The notes beneath the pieces are model-generated. The model did no database searches and was not told the DNA's origin. It saw only the letters and a program-made list of their open reading frames with translations. A program made the translations under genes and the position numbers. A stretch of DNA of 64,000 bases, from assembly GCA_036555245.1 (NCBI GenBank), contig DATBLP010000054.1, positions 54,406 to 118,405 on the forward strand, given 5' to 3'. Shown piece by piece: positions 1 to 9,435 of the stretch (position 1 is the stretch's first letter; each line of letters begins with the position of its first letter). The DNA is from Burkholderiales bacterium. GTDB taxonomy: Bacteria; Pseudomonadota; Gammaproteobacteria; Burkholderiales; SG8-39.

Positions 1-1
1 G

Positions 2-1606
2 CAGTGCCAGCGCGAGGGCGTGGTGGACTTCGCCGAACTGCTGCTGCGCACTTACGAGCTCCTGTCGAGGAACGAGGTGCTGCGCGAGCACTACCGGAGC
101 CGGTTCCGCCACATCCTGGTCGACGAATTCCAGGACACCAATCGCCTGCAATACCGCTGGCTGAAGCTGCTCGCCGGCCCGAAAACCGTGATGTTCGCGG
201 TCGGGGACGACGACCAGAGCATTTATCGCTTTCGCGGCGCTCACGTCGGCAACATGAGCGAGTTCGAGCGGGATTTCCGCGTCGAGAACGTGATCCGCCT
301 GGAGCAGAACTATCGCTCGCACGGGCACATCCTCGCCGCAGCCAACGCGCTCATCAGCCACAACCGCAAGCGCCTCGGCAAGAACCTGTGGACCGCGGCC
401 GGGCGCGGCGAGCCGGTGCGCCTGTACGAGGCGCAGAGCGACGGCTACGAGGCGCGCTGGCTCGTCGAGGAAATTCAATCGCTGCATCGGTCCGGACTGC
501 GCCTCGCCGACATCGCCATCCTGTACCGCTCCAACGCCCAGTCGCGCGTGATCGAGCATGCGCTATTCTCGGACGGCCTGCCCTACCGGGTATACGGGGG
601 ACTGCGCTTCTTCGAGCGTATGGAGATCAAGCATGCCCTTGCTTACTTGCGACTTGCGGCCAATCCCGAAGACGACGGTGCCTTCCTGCGGGTGGCAAAT
701 TTTCCGGCGCGCGGCATCGGGACCCGCACGCTCGAGCAGCTTCAGGAGGCGGCCAAAGCGGGCGGCATGAGCCTCCACAAAGCGGCCGCGGGGCTCTCGG
801 GCAAGGCGGGGACGGCGCTTGCCGCGTTCCTGCGCATCGTCGATTCGATCAGAGCCGAGACCCGGGGCTTGCCCTTGCCCGAAATCGTCGAGGTCATGCT
901 GGCAAAGAGCGGCCTGGTCGCGCACTACAAGAGCGAAAAGGAAGGCGCGGACCGCGTGGAGAACCTCGGCGAGCTGGTCAACGCGGCCGCCGCATTTGTC
1001 GGCGAGGAAGACGAGCACGACCTGCAGGCATTTCTCGCGCACGCCGCGCTCGAATCGGGCGAGACCCAGGCTGCCGAAGGCGCGGACGCACTGCAGCTGA
1101 TGACAGTGCACTCGGCCAAAGGCCTCGAATTCGCGGCGGTGTTCATCACCGGTCTCGAGGAGGGGCTGTTCCCGCACGAGCAGAGCGTTCTCGAGGATGA
1201 CGGCTTGGAAGAGGAGCGCCGGCTCATGTACGTCGCCATAACGCGCGCAAGGACGCGCCTCTACCTCTCGCACGCACAGACGCGGCTGCTGCATGGGCAG
1301 ACCCGCTACAACGTAGCCTCGCGCTTCATCGATGAGATCCCCGAGAACGTGGTGAAACGGCTGAGCTCGGCGCCGAGGCGCGAGGGGCTCGACGACGTGG
1401 CGTGGCCCGAGCCGGCACGAACCGCAGCGGCCAGCAAGGCCTACCACGGGTTCCGCATAGGCCAGTCGGTGCAGCACCCCAAATTTGGTCAGGGCGTGGT
1501 CGTCAGCGCCGAGGGCTCCGGGGCGGACGCACGGCTGCAAATAAACTTCGGGAGACAGGGCATGAAGTGGTTGGCTTTGGAATACGCCAAACTGACTGCC
1601 GCATAG
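2..1606 (+). CDS. uvrD: DNA helicase II UvrD (SF1 helicase), 5'-truncated by window edge
   Basis: Frame 2 is open to the window edge. 'VVDFAELLLR..ILVDEFQDTN', 'VHSAKGLEF' and 'YVAITRAR' match UvrD/Rep helicase motifs. The C-terminal 'FGQGVV' Tudor-like tail is present. Confidence 0.9.
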   Translation, partial: QCQREGVVDFAELLLRTYELLSRNEVLREHYRSRFRHILVDEFQDTNRLQYRWLKLLAGPKTVMFAVGDDDQSIYRFRGAHVGNMSEFERDFRVENVIRLEQNYRSHGHILAAANALISHNRKRLGKNLWTAAGRGEPVRLYEAQSDGYEARWLVEEIQSLHRSGLRLADIAILYRSNAQSRVIEHALFSDGLPYRVYGGLRFFERMEIKHALAYLRLAANPEDDGAFLRVANFPARGIGTRTLEQLQEAAKAGGMSLHKAAAGLSGKAGTALAAFLRIVDSIRAETRGLPLPEIVEVMLAKSGLVAHYKSEKEGADRVENLGELVNAAAAFVGEEDEHDLQAFLAHAALESGETQAAEGADALQLMTVHSAKGLEFAAVFITGLEEGLFPHEQSVLEDDGLEEERRLMYVAITRARTRLYLSHAQTRLLHGQTRYNVASRFIDEIPENVVKRLSSAPRREGLDDVAWPEPARTAAASKAYHGFRIGQSVQHPKFGQGVVVSAEGSGADARLQINFGRQGMKWLALEYAKLTAA

Positions 1607-1620
1607 CGGCAGTCAGTTTG
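1588..1620. terminator. Perfect 15-bp inverted repeat (CAAACTGACTGCCGC-ATA-GCGGCAGTCAGTTTG) spanning the uvrD stop codon; possible bidirectional terminator
   Basis: Read directly from the sequence. It lies between convergent uvrD (+) and the 83-aa ORF (-). There is no clear T-tract, so intrinsic-terminator function is uncertain. Confidence 0.45.
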
Positions 1621-1683
1621 CCCAAAGTGGACCTCAGCCGACGCCTCGGTTTCCGCGCTTGAAAGGGTTTTGGGACCGCCCGT

Positions 1684-1935
1684 CTACCGGTTCTTGTCGA
1701 ACAGAGGGAGCTGGCTCGCGCCCACGAGCGCGGCCTGTTCGACGGCGCGCTTCGCGTCATCGAGCGTTGCCGCTTCGCCGGCATGGTTCCCGGCTTCCCA
1801 TCGGTAGATCCCGTCCCATTCCTTCTTGGGACCGAGTCTGACGATCCCCAGGCGTTCCTTGCCCAGCCAGTAGCCGTGGGACAGGTAGCCGCGTTCCCAG
1901 AATGCCCGCGCTGACTTCTTGGAGCTCCTCGCCAT
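1684..1935 (-). CDS. Hypothetical 83-aa protein (no family recognised)
   Basis: The ORF has non-artefactual composition ('WERGYLSHGYWLGKERLGIVRLGPKKEWDGIYRWEAG'). A GAGGGGGAA Shine-Dalgarno-like sequence sits about 5 nt upstream of the ATG. The ORF fills an otherwise empty gap. Confidence 0.5.
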   Translation of the reverse strand: MARSSKKSARAFWERGYLSHGYWLGKERLGIVRLGPKKEWDGIYRWEAGNHAGEAATLDDAKRAVEQAALVGASQLPLFDKNR

Positions 1936-2063
1936 CCGTTCCCCCTCGCGGGAATTCTACGCTCCACCTGCGTGGAGGGAAATCCGGGGCTCGTGTAGTA
2001 TCGGCCTCCACCCCCAGAAGGGGATAGTCAGAGGACCCCGTTTAGGGGGTACCAAGAATACTC

Positions 2064-3599
2064 ATGAAAATCGACTACCTCGAGCGAATTCTCAGGGCGC
2101 GCGTATATGACGTTGCGGTCGAGACGCCTCTCGAGGTCGCGCCCAATCTCTCCGCGCGTCTCGGCAATCGCATTCTCCTCAAGCGTGAGGACATGCAGCC
2201 GGTGTTCTCATTCAAGTGCCGCGGTGCCTACAACAAGATGGCGGGCCTTTCCGCTGCCGCGCTAGCTCGCGGCGTCCTCGCGTCCTCGGCCGGCAACCAC
2301 GCGCAGGGCGTGGCGCTCGCCGCGCAGAAACTCGGCTGCAGGGCGGTGATCGTCATGCCGGTTACCACGCCGAAGATCAAGGTGGACGCCGTCAAGGCGC
2401 GCGGCGCCGAAGTGCATCTGCACGGCGATACGTACGACGAGGCCCAGGTCGAGGCCCGGCGCATCGAGCGTTCGCGCAAGCTCACATTCGTCCATCCCTA
2501 TGACGATCCCGATGTGATCGCCGGCCAAGGGACGATCGGCATGGAGATTCTCCGCCAGAGCGCGCAAGCCCTTCAGGCCGTGTTCGTTCCCATCGGAGGC
2601 GGCGGTCTGGTCTCGGGCATCGCATCCTACGTCAAGCGGCTGCGCCCCGCGGTCAAGATCATCGGAGTCGAGCCGGTTGACGACGATGCGATGGCGCGCT
2701 CCTTGAAGGCGGGACGGCGCGTGGTCCTCGATCATGTGGGCCTCTTCGCCGACGGGGTCGCGGTAAGGCAGGTCGGGGAGGAGACCTTCCGGCTGTGCCG
2801 GAAGCTTCTGGACGGAATCATTCTGGTCGACACCGATCAGATCTGCGCCGCAATCAAGGACGTGTTCGAGGACACACGCACGATCCTCGAGCCCGCAGGA
2901 GCGCTCGCCGTCGCAGGGGCCAAGGCCTACGTCGCGCGATCGGGCGTGCGCGGCAGGAGACTGGTCGCGGTGGCGTCGGGCGCGAACACGAACTTCGACC
3001 GCCTGCGGTTCGTTGCCGAGCGCGCCGAAGTCGGCGAGCATCGCGAGGCGATCCTCGCGGTCACGATCCCCGAGAAGCCCGGCAGCTTCAAGAAGTTCTG
3101 CGCAACTCTGGGCGCGCGCAACCTCACCGAGTTCAACTACCGCATCGCCGACCCCAGGCAAGCACACGTATTCGTCGGGGTGGAGGTTCACAATCGTGAC
3201 GAGACCGAGCGGATCGTGAAAGTCCTCGGGCGCGAGGGACTGGAAACGCTCGATCTGTCGGACGATGAGATGGCCAAGCTGCACGTGCGCCACATGGTTG
3301 GAGGCCATGCTCCAGCCTCCATGCGCAGACCCGGGCGCGCCGGGCCGGATGAATTGCTCTACCGGTTTGAATTCCCCGAGCGGCCCGGAGCCCTGATGAA
3401 GTTCCTGTCCAACATGCGCACCGACTGGAACATCAGCCTGTTCCACTACCGCAACCAGGGCAGCGACTACGGGCGAGTGCTGGTCGGCATGCAGGTACCG
3501 CCCACCGCCATGCGCGAATTCCGCAGGTTTCTGCAGACACTCGGCTACCCGTGCGTGGACGAGACACGCAACCCCGCTTACCGTTTGTTCCTCGGTTAG
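2064..3599 (+). CDS. ilvA: Biosynthetic threonine dehydratase (threonine ammonia-lyase)
   Basis: 511 aa. PLP-lysine motif 'FSFKCRGAYNK', the glycine loop 'PIGGGGL', and two C-terminal ACT-like regulatory repeats are typical of IlvA. Confidence 0.93.
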   Translation: MKIDYLERILRARVYDVAVETPLEVAPNLSARLGNRILLKREDMQPVFSFKCRGAYNKMAGLSAAALARGVLASSAGNHAQGVALAAQKLGCRAVIVMPVTTPKIKVDAVKARGAEVHLHGDTYDEAQVEARRIERSRKLTFVHPYDDPDVIAGQGTIGMEILRQSAQALQAVFVPIGGGGLVSGIASYVKRLRPAVKIIGVEPVDDDAMARSLKAGRRVVLDHVGLFADGVAVRQVGEETFRLCRKLLDGIILVDTDQICAAIKDVFEDTRTILEPAGALAVAGAKAYVARSGVRGRRLVAVASGANTNFDRLRFVAERAEVGEHREAILAVTIPEKPGSFKKFCATLGARNLTEFNYRIADPRQAHVFVGVEVHNRDETERIVKVLGREGLETLDLSDDEMAKLHVRHMVGGHAPASMRRPGRAGPDELLYRFEFPERPGALMKFLSNMRTDWNISLFHYRNQGSDYGRVLVGMQVPPTAMREFRRFLQTLGYPCVDETRNPAYRLFLG

Positions 3600-3657
3600 G
3601 GAAGCTGGCGGACCGCCGGCCCGCGACACCGCGCATGCTCTTGCGGCTCTTCCCGAT

Positions 3658-4368
3658 TCAGGTTTTCGGTTCTTCGCCGAAATAGCCCGGAGCTATCTCT
3701 CCCGCGTAGCAGGGCGGAGAGGAAAAAGCCGCGTCATCAATGAGCTTGAGGCCCTGCGGCTCGCGACGATATACGCCACGCTCGGTAACCACGAAATCGG
3801 CCGGAATGTCGTGAGGCTGAGGATGGATGGTCCGCAGGTACGCCTGCTCGTAGGCGATTCCGATGACCCGGGGCCGCGTCTCGATCGCGGCGAGCGTACG
3901 GTCGAAGAAACCGCCCCCGTAACCCAGTCGGAATCCGCCGCCGTCCCAGCCGAGCATGGGCAGAAGTACGCTGTCGGGCCGCACCTCGGGGGAGCCTACC
4001 GGATAGGGAATGCCGAGCGGGCCCTCGACCAGCCTGATCCCCGGGTGCCATTCACGGAAGATCAGCGGAGTTCTTGGGGCGACCACGACCGGCAGTGCGG
4101 TTACGGCTCCGCGACGGCGAAGCGCTGCAGCGAGGTGGCGCGCGTCGTACTCATTCTTGTACGGCCAGCAGAATGCGAGAATCCCGTGCACCAAATCCCC
4201 GAACGTGCGTTCAACGTTCTGGTCGATGCGGGCGCGCAGCGCGGCAAGCGCCTCTGGGGTGAGCGCCACCCGCTCGGCGAGCAGCCGTGCGCGTTCGCGT
4301 CTGCGCCAGGCGGACAGGTCGGAAGGAACCGTGTCATCTTCAGCAGGCAAGTGAGGCAAGTCTTTCAT
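3658..4368 (-). CDS. 5-formyltetrahydrofolate cyclo-ligase
   Basis: 'GWDGGGFRLGYGGGFFDRTL' matches the 5-FCL signature. I place the start at the internal ATG (MKDLPH..., 4368). The longer ORF to 4548 would overlap the divergent slt. Confidence 0.8.
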   Translation of the reverse strand: MKDLPHLPAEDDTVPSDLSAWRRRERARLLAERVALTPEALAALRARIDQNVERTFGDLVHGILAFCWPYKNEYDARHLAAALRRRGAVTALPVVVAPRTPLIFREWHPGIRLVEGPLGIPYPVGSPEVRPDSVLLPMLGWDGGGFRLGYGGGFFDRTLAAIETRPRVIGIAYEQAYLRTIHPQPHDIPADFVVTERGVYRREPQGLKLIDDAAFSSPPCYAGEIAPGYFGEEPKT

Positions 4369-4414
4369 CCGTCTTGGAAAACGCCATGGTATTCTACAAA
4401 AGGAGGAAAGAAAA

Positions 4415-6379
4415 TTGAGGCGCGCGCTGCGTTGTACTGCTGCGGCAACGTTGTTCCTCGGCGCGTTCGCGACGGGCCGGGCCGCCAATCTCGATCCGCA
4501 GGATACAGCGATAATTGCCGCCCGCAACGCATTCGAGTCGCGAAACAAGGCCCGGGTCGATGCCCTTCTGCCCAGGCTGGAGGGCCATACGCTCGAACCC
4601 TACGCCGAGTATTGGAGCCTTTTCCTGCGTCTTCCGCGTGCATCTGCAGAGGAGGTCCGGGACTTCCTCGGACGGTATCCGGGCACGGTGCTCGCCGAGC
4701 AACTGCGCGGCGACTGGCTCAAGGTGCTCGGCAAGGCTGGGCGCTGGGAGTCGTTCAATCTCGAGTACCCGGCCCTCGCCAGCGACGATCCGGAGGTGAC
4801 CTGCTACGCGCTGCTCGGGCGGTGGAGGCGCGACGACGCGACGGCCGCGGCTGATTTCAGACCCTTGTGGAATGCACCGCGCGAGCTCCCGGAAGGCTGC
4901 GCGACCGTCGCCACCGAGATGCGCAAGGCCGGTCAGTTGAGCACGCACGAAGTCTGGGAGCGCTTTCGCGTTCTGGTGGGCGCGGACCTGCTGTCCGCCG
5001 CCAAGCGGCATCTGCGGTACCTGCCTCGCGACCAGCATGTCGAGGCGAGCCGGCTGAACTTGATTTTTCGCGCGCCCCTCAAGTTCTTCAAAAAACCTCG
5101 GGCCGATCTCGGCAAGGTCGCCGAGCGCGAACTCGTGATCGCCGCGCTCACGCAGCTTGCCGACGAAGACCCGCGCGCCGCGGCCCGCATGTGGAGCGCG
5201 GGACTCGCCGAGGCATTCCCGGCCGAAGACCGCAGCTATGCATGGCTGATGCTTGCCCTGCGCGGAGCACGCCGGCACCTGCCCGAGGCCCTCGACTGGT
5301 TCGGCGCTGTCGGCGAGCGGACGCTCACCGACGATCAGCTCGCGTGGCGCGCGCGGATCGCGCTTCGCGGGCAACAGTGGGCCGAGGTGAGAAACTCGAT
5401 CGACCGCATGTCGCCCTTGGCGAAGGCCGAGCCTGCGTGGACCTACTGGTACGGGCGCGCCGAACGCGCACTCGGCGAACCGCTCGAATCGAGAGGCTAT
5501 TTCGAGCGCATCGCGGGCGAATACCACTTTTACGGGCGTCTCGCGGCGGAAGAGCTTGGCATCGCGTTCCACGTCCCGTCTCGCGCCCCGCTGCCGACAG
5601 AGGAAGAGATCGCCGATGTAGCGGCAGTGCCGGGTTTGAAGCGGGCCCTCGCCTTGTATCGGACGGATCTGCGCGCCGAGGCCACCCGCGAATGGCTGTG
5701 GACCATTCGCGGCATGGACGACCGGCGGCTTCTCGCTGCAGCCGAGCTGGCGCGCCGCAATGAGGTCTGGGATCGTGCGATTGGCACTGCGGATCGGACG
5801 GTCGTCACGCATGATTTCTCGGTCCGTTATCTCGCACCGTATCGCGAGCTGCTCGCCGAGCAGGCGCGCACCCGGGAACTCGAGGAGCCATGGGTGCTCG
5901 GCCTCATTCGCCAGGAGAGCCGTTTCATCACCCGCGCGAGGTCCTCGGCCGGGGCCACCGGGCTGATGCAGGTGATGCGCGACACGGCAAGGTGGGTGGT
6001 GCGGAGAACGCGCATGAAAGGCTTTTCCTGGGCTCGCCTCTCCGAGCCGAACGTCAACGCGGCGCTCGGCACGTACTACCTGCGCCATGTGCTCGATCAG
6101 TTCGATGGGAATCCGGTCCTTGCTGCGGCTGCCTACAACGCCGGGCCCACGCGTGCGCGCCAGTGGCGCGGCAGCGAGCCCATTGAAGGGGCGATCTTCG
6201 CCGAGACGATCCCGTTCGGGGAGACGCGCGACTACGTCAAGAACGTGATGGCCAATACCTTCTACTATGCCGCTGTGCTTGGCGCCGAGGCGACCCCGCT
6301 CAAGACGCGCCTCGGAGTGGTCAAGCCCCGATCCGTCCCCGACGTGGTGGCCATGCAAGACTCGCGCGACCTTCCCTGA
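4415..6379 (+). CDS. slt: Soluble lytic murein transglycosylase (Slt70 family)
   Basis: 654 aa with a signal peptide. Catalytic 'GLIRQESRF', 'ATGLMQVM' and 'AAYNAGP' motifs are present. TTG start with AGGAGG 8 nt upstream. Confidence 0.88.
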   Translation: MRRALRCTAAATLFLGAFATGRAANLDPQDTAIIAARNAFESRNKARVDALLPRLEGHTLEPYAEYWSLFLRLPRASAEEVRDFLGRYPGTVLAEQLRGDWLKVLGKAGRWESFNLEYPALASDDPEVTCYALLGRWRRDDATAAADFRPLWNAPRELPEGCATVATEMRKAGQLSTHEVWERFRVLVGADLLSAAKRHLRYLPRDQHVEASRLNLIFRAPLKFFKKPRADLGKVAERELVIAALTQLADEDPRAAARMWSAGLAEAFPAEDRSYAWLMLALRGARRHLPEALDWFGAVGERTLTDDQLAWRARIALRGQQWAEVRNSIDRMSPLAKAEPAWTYWYGRAERALGEPLESRGYFERIAGEYHFYGRLAAEELGIAFHVPSRAPLPTEEEIADVAAVPGLKRALALYRTDLRAEATREWLWTIRGMDDRRLLAAAELARRNEVWDRAIGTADRTVVTHDFSVRYLAPYRELLAEQARTRELEEPWVLGLIRQESRFITRARSSAGATGLMQVMRDTARWVVRRTRMKGFSWARLSEPNVNAALGTYYLRHVLDQFDGNPVLAAAAYNAGPTRARQWRGSEPIEGAIFAETIPFGETRDYVKNVMANTFYYAAVLGAEATPLKTRLGVVKPRSVPDVVAMQDSRDLP

Positions 6380-6399
6380 GAAGCAGGGAACCGGCAGCG

Positions 6400-6423
6400 A
6401 GCCGAGGAACCGGCGGCTTTTTT
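6400..6423 (+). terminator. Putative rho-independent terminator after slt
   Basis: Short GC stem (AGCCG..CGGCT, or GCCG..CGGC) followed by a T6 run immediately after the slt stop. Confidence 0.5.
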
Positions 6424-6469
6424 GCGATAATGCGGCTTCCGTGCGTTTGGTAGTTCAGGCCATTTCATC

Positions 6470-7417
6470 ATGAGCCGATTCCTGGTCCTCGGGGGCAGCG
6501 GTTTCGTCGGCCGCCACCTGATCCACGCGCTTTCGCAGGAAGGCCATATTGTCGTTGTGCCCACGCGCCGGCGCGAGCGCGCCAAGCACCTGATCCTCCT
6601 GCCGACCGTGGACGTCATCGAAGCCGACGTGCACGAGCCGGCAAGCTTGGCCCGGCTCGCTGGCGGTAGCGACGCGGTGATCAACCTGGTCGGCATACTT
6701 CAGGGGTCTTCCGGCTCTCCCTACGGCCCGGAGTTCGCGCGCGCCCACGTCGAGCTTCCGAAGAAGATCGTCGAGGCCTGCGTGAAGAACCGGGTCGGAC
6801 GGCTGCTTCACATGAGCGCGCTGCAGGCGCAGCCGGATGGCCCCAGCCAATACCTGCGTTCCAAGGGCGAAGGCGAAGCCTGGGTCCTCGCGGCGCAAAA
6901 CGAGCTCGCGGTGACGGTGTTCCGGCCCTCGGTCATATTCGGACCGGAAGACCGATTTCTCAATCTGTTTGCGAGGCTTCAGCGCTGGCTTCCCATCCTG
7001 TTTCTCGGCTGCCCGGAGGCGCGATTCCAGCCGGTGTTTGTCGGGGACGTGGTGCGTTGCATGGAATCGAGTCTCACCGATCGGGACAGCCATGGCGCGC
7101 GCTACGACCTGTGCGGCCCGCGCGTCTATACCCTGCGCGAGCTCGTCAAGTACGCGGGTGCAGTGAGCGGGCACCCGCGGCCGATCATCGGATTGTCCGA
7201 CCGCTTCTCTTATCTTCAGGCCTGGGCGATGGAATGGCTTCCGGGCGGGCTGCTGTCGCGCGACAACTACTATTCGATGCAGGTCGATAGCGTTTCCGGC
7301 AGCAAGTTTCCATTCGGCATTGAACCCATGCCGCTCGAGGCGGTGGCACCGGCCTACCTGCAGGGCGGCGGCTCCGCCTCGCGCTACGGCGGACTCCGCT
7401 ACAAAGCCGGCCGTTAG
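6470..7417 (+). CDS. NAD(P)H-binding Rossmann protein, complex I NDUFA9-subunit-like / atypical SDR
   Basis: N-terminal '[12 protein letters not shown]' dinucleotide-binding motif. Length and overall pattern match NDUFA9-like epimerase-family proteins. Confidence 0.78.
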   Translation: MSRFLVLGGSGFVGRHLIHALSQEGHIVVVPTRRRERAKHLILLPTVDVIEADVHEPASLARLAGGSDAVINLVGILQGSSGSPYGPEFARAHVELPKKIVEACVKNRVGRLLHMSALQAQPDGPSQYLRSKGEGEAWVLAAQNELAVTVFRPSVIFGPEDRFLNLFARLQRWLPILFLGCPEARFQPVFVGDVVRCMESSLTDRDSHGARYDLCGPRVYTLRELVKYAGAVSGHPRPIIGLSDRFSYLQAWAMEWLPGGLLSRDNYYSMQVDSVSGSKFPFGIEPMPLEAVAPAYLQGGGSASRYGGLRYKAGR

Positions 7418-7437
7418 CTTCCGGAATTTCCGCCCGC

Positions 7438-8571
7438 GTGAAAATCTACGCTGTCGGCGGCGCGGTACGCGATGAGCTTCTTGGCCTGTCGGTGACCGAT
7501 CGCGACTATGTCGTTGTCGGCAGCACGCCCGAGGAAATGGTGCGGCTGGGCTACAAGCCGGTCGGCAAGGACTTTCCGGTGTTCCTTCACCCCCGGACCA
7601 ACGAGGAATACGCGCTGGCGCGCACCGAGCGCAAGGTCGCGCGCGGCTACAAGGGGTTCCAGGTGCATTCGGCGCCGGATGTAACGCTCGAGCAGGACCT
7701 GGAGCGGCGTGACCTCACCATCAACGCCATGGCCCGCGACGAAACGGGACGCCTGGTCGACCCCTTCGGCGGAGCGGGCGATCTGGAGCGCGGACTGCTG
7801 CGGCACATCAGTCCTGCTTTTTCCGAGGACCCGGTCCGGATCCTGCGGGTGGCGCGCTTCGCCGCCCGCTTCGGCTTCGCCGTTGCACCGCAGACGATGG
7901 CATTGATGCGAAGCATGGTTGCGAGCGGCGAGGCGGACGCTCTGGTGCCAGAGCGTGTGTGGCAGGAGTTTTCCCGCGGCCTGATGGAGGGCGAGGCAGC
8001 CCTCATGTTTCGAGTGCTCGCCGAGGCGCGGCTCCTCGAGCGGCTCCTTCCGGAACTCAAGCTTGCGTTCGAGAACGGGCGTCCCGTCAACGATTCCGCG
8101 CGCACTCTAGTGCGCGCGCTCGATTGCGCCGCAAGAGAGCGGCTCGGCCTCGCGCCGCGCTTTGCGCTCGTGGCTTCGCGATCGGGGTCCGGCGATTCGA
8201 CGCGCGCCTTGAGCGAGCGTCTCAAGGCCCCGGGTGACTGCCGCGATCTCGCGTTGCTCGTCGTGCTGCATGGCGAAACAGTCAGGCGGGCACCGGGATC
8301 CCGCGCATCGGAAATTCTGTCGCTTCTTGAGCGTTGCGATGCCTTGCGCAGGCCGGAGCGGTTCCGCGACCTGCTGGCCGTGTGCGAATGCATCGATAGC
8401 AGTGAACGGGGCTGGTGCGAGATTCCTTATCCGCCGCGCGTGACTCTGCGGCGAGCGCTCGCCGCAGCCGTTGGCGTCGATGCCGGCACGATCGCCGCTG
8501 CAAGCGCTAAGGCCGATATTCCAGCGAAGGTGCGCGAAGCGCGAGTCGCAGCGATCGAGGCGCTCGGATGA
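7438..8571 (+). CDS. cca: CCA-adding tRNA nucleotidyltransferase
   Basis: 'YAVGGAVRDELLG', 'DRDYVV' and 'RDLTINAMA' are class-II CCA-enzyme motifs. GTG start. Confidence 0.9.
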   Translation: MKIYAVGGAVRDELLGLSVTDRDYVVVGSTPEEMVRLGYKPVGKDFPVFLHPRTNEEYALARTERKVARGYKGFQVHSAPDVTLEQDLERRDLTINAMARDETGRLVDPFGGAGDLERGLLRHISPAFSEDPVRILRVARFAARFGFAVAPQTMALMRSMVASGEADALVPERVWQEFSRGLMEGEAALMFRVLAEARLLERLLPELKLAFENGRPVNDSARTLVRALDCAARERLGLAPRFALVASRSGSGDSTRALSERLKAPGDCRDLALLVVLHGETVRRAPGSRASEILSLLERCDALRRPERFRDLLAVCECIDSSERGWCEIPYPPRVTLRRALAAAVGVDAGTIAAASAKADIPAKVREARVAAIEALG

Positions 8572-8579
8572 GCAGCCCG

Positions 8580-8774
8580 TCACAGAATCCGCGCGATCAG
8601 CGTGAGGACGAGCGAGAGCAACACGGTGCTGGTGAACGGGAGGTAGTACGTCCGGCCTTTGTGGCGGACCACAATGTCGCCCGGCAATCGGCCCAAGCCC
8701 AGTCTGGCGAACCAGGGCGCGAGCGCCGTAAGCACGAGCAGCGCGACGACAAGCGTGAACACCCATTTGAGCAT
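8580..8774 (-). CDS. DUF2905-family small membrane protein
   Basis: 64 aa with two hydrophobic helices flanking 'LPGDIVVRHKGRTYYLPFTS', the pattern I associate with DUF2905. Confidence 0.7.
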   Translation of the reverse strand: MLKWVFTLVVALLVLTALAPWFARLGLGRLPGDIVVRHKGRTYYLPFTSTVLLSLVLTLIARIL

Positions 8775-8802
8775 GGCGCCACTCTAACTCAGCGGAGAAG
8801 AC

Positions 8803-9420
8803 ATGATCGAGCTATACACCTGGACCACGCCCAACGGCCGCAAGATCTCCATCATGCTGGAGGAATGTGGTCTTACTTACAACGTGCACAAAATCAACAT
8901 CGGCGCGCGCGAACAATTTTCTCCCGAATATCTCGCCATCAACCCGAACGGCAAGATTCCCTCGATCGTTGATTCAGACGGCCCGGATGGGGCACCGATC
9001 CAGATGATGGAGTCGGGTGCGATCCTAATCTACCTTTCTGAGAAAACCGGAAAACTGTTCCCGCAAAGCTACCGCGGCCGATACAAGACGCTCGAGTGGC
9101 TCATGTTCCAGATGGGTCACGTCGGACCGATGTTCGGGCAGGTACACCATTTCGTGCGCAATGCGAAGGAGCAGGTGCCCTATGCGATCGAGCGCTATGT
9201 CAGGGAAAAGGACCGGCTGTACGGGGTGCTCGACAAACGCCTAGGCGAGACCGCGTACCTGGCTGGAGATTATTCGATCGCGGACATCGCCACTTATCCG
9301 TGGGTGGCGCGCTACGAGTGGCACAAAACCGACCTGAACGCTTGGCCGAACGTGAAGCGCTGGTTTGACGCCATCAGCGCGCGCCCGGCGGTGAAGCGTG
9401 GCATGGCGGTTCCCTCCTAG
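8803..9420 (+). CDS. Glutathione S-transferase family protein (YfcG/YghU-like)
   Basis: N-terminal thioredoxin-like GST fold: 'PNGRKISIMLEE', 'INPNGKIPSIVD', 'ESGAILIYL'. Confidence 0.85.
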   Translation: MIELYTWTTPNGRKISIMLEECGLTYNVHKINIGAREQFSPEYLAINPNGKIPSIVDSDGPDGAPIQMMESGAILIYLSEKTGKLFPQSYRGRYKTLEWLMFQMGHVGPMFGQVHHFVRNAKEQVPYAIERYVREKDRLYGVLDKRLGETAYLAGDYSIADIATYPWVARYEWHKTDLNAWPNVKRWFDAISARPAVKRGMAVPS

Positions 9421-9435
9421 TGCCCGCGTTAGGGA

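Noticed and set aside
4369-4414. Expectation of a 6S RNA (ssrS) gene upstream of the 5-formyl-THF cyclo-ligase gene, as in E. coli
   Set aside because: The spacer to the divergent slt gene is only 46 nt. That is far too short for a roughly 180-nt 6S RNA, so ssrS is not at this locus.
4394-6358. 654-aa ORF on the minus strand, exactly antisense to slt
   Set aside because: Its composition is dominated by R/G/A/P, typical of off-frame translation of high-GC DNA. The opposite strand carries unmistakable Slt70 motifs. The same reasoning rejects the following antisense ORFs: 2262..3629 (ilvA), 563..1540 (uvrD), 15527..16627, 20591..22012, 35084..36067, 36064..37692, 41907..42758, 42664..44967, 47921..49042, 51568..52413, 53492..54376, 55350..56051, 58194..58868, 59871..61463, 62028..62873 and 63054..63614.
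8568-8972. 134-aa plus-strand ORF spanning the DUF2905/GST junction
   Set aside because: It overlaps two better-supported genes on both sides, has highly charged R/E/Q-rich composition, and shows no recognisable motif.
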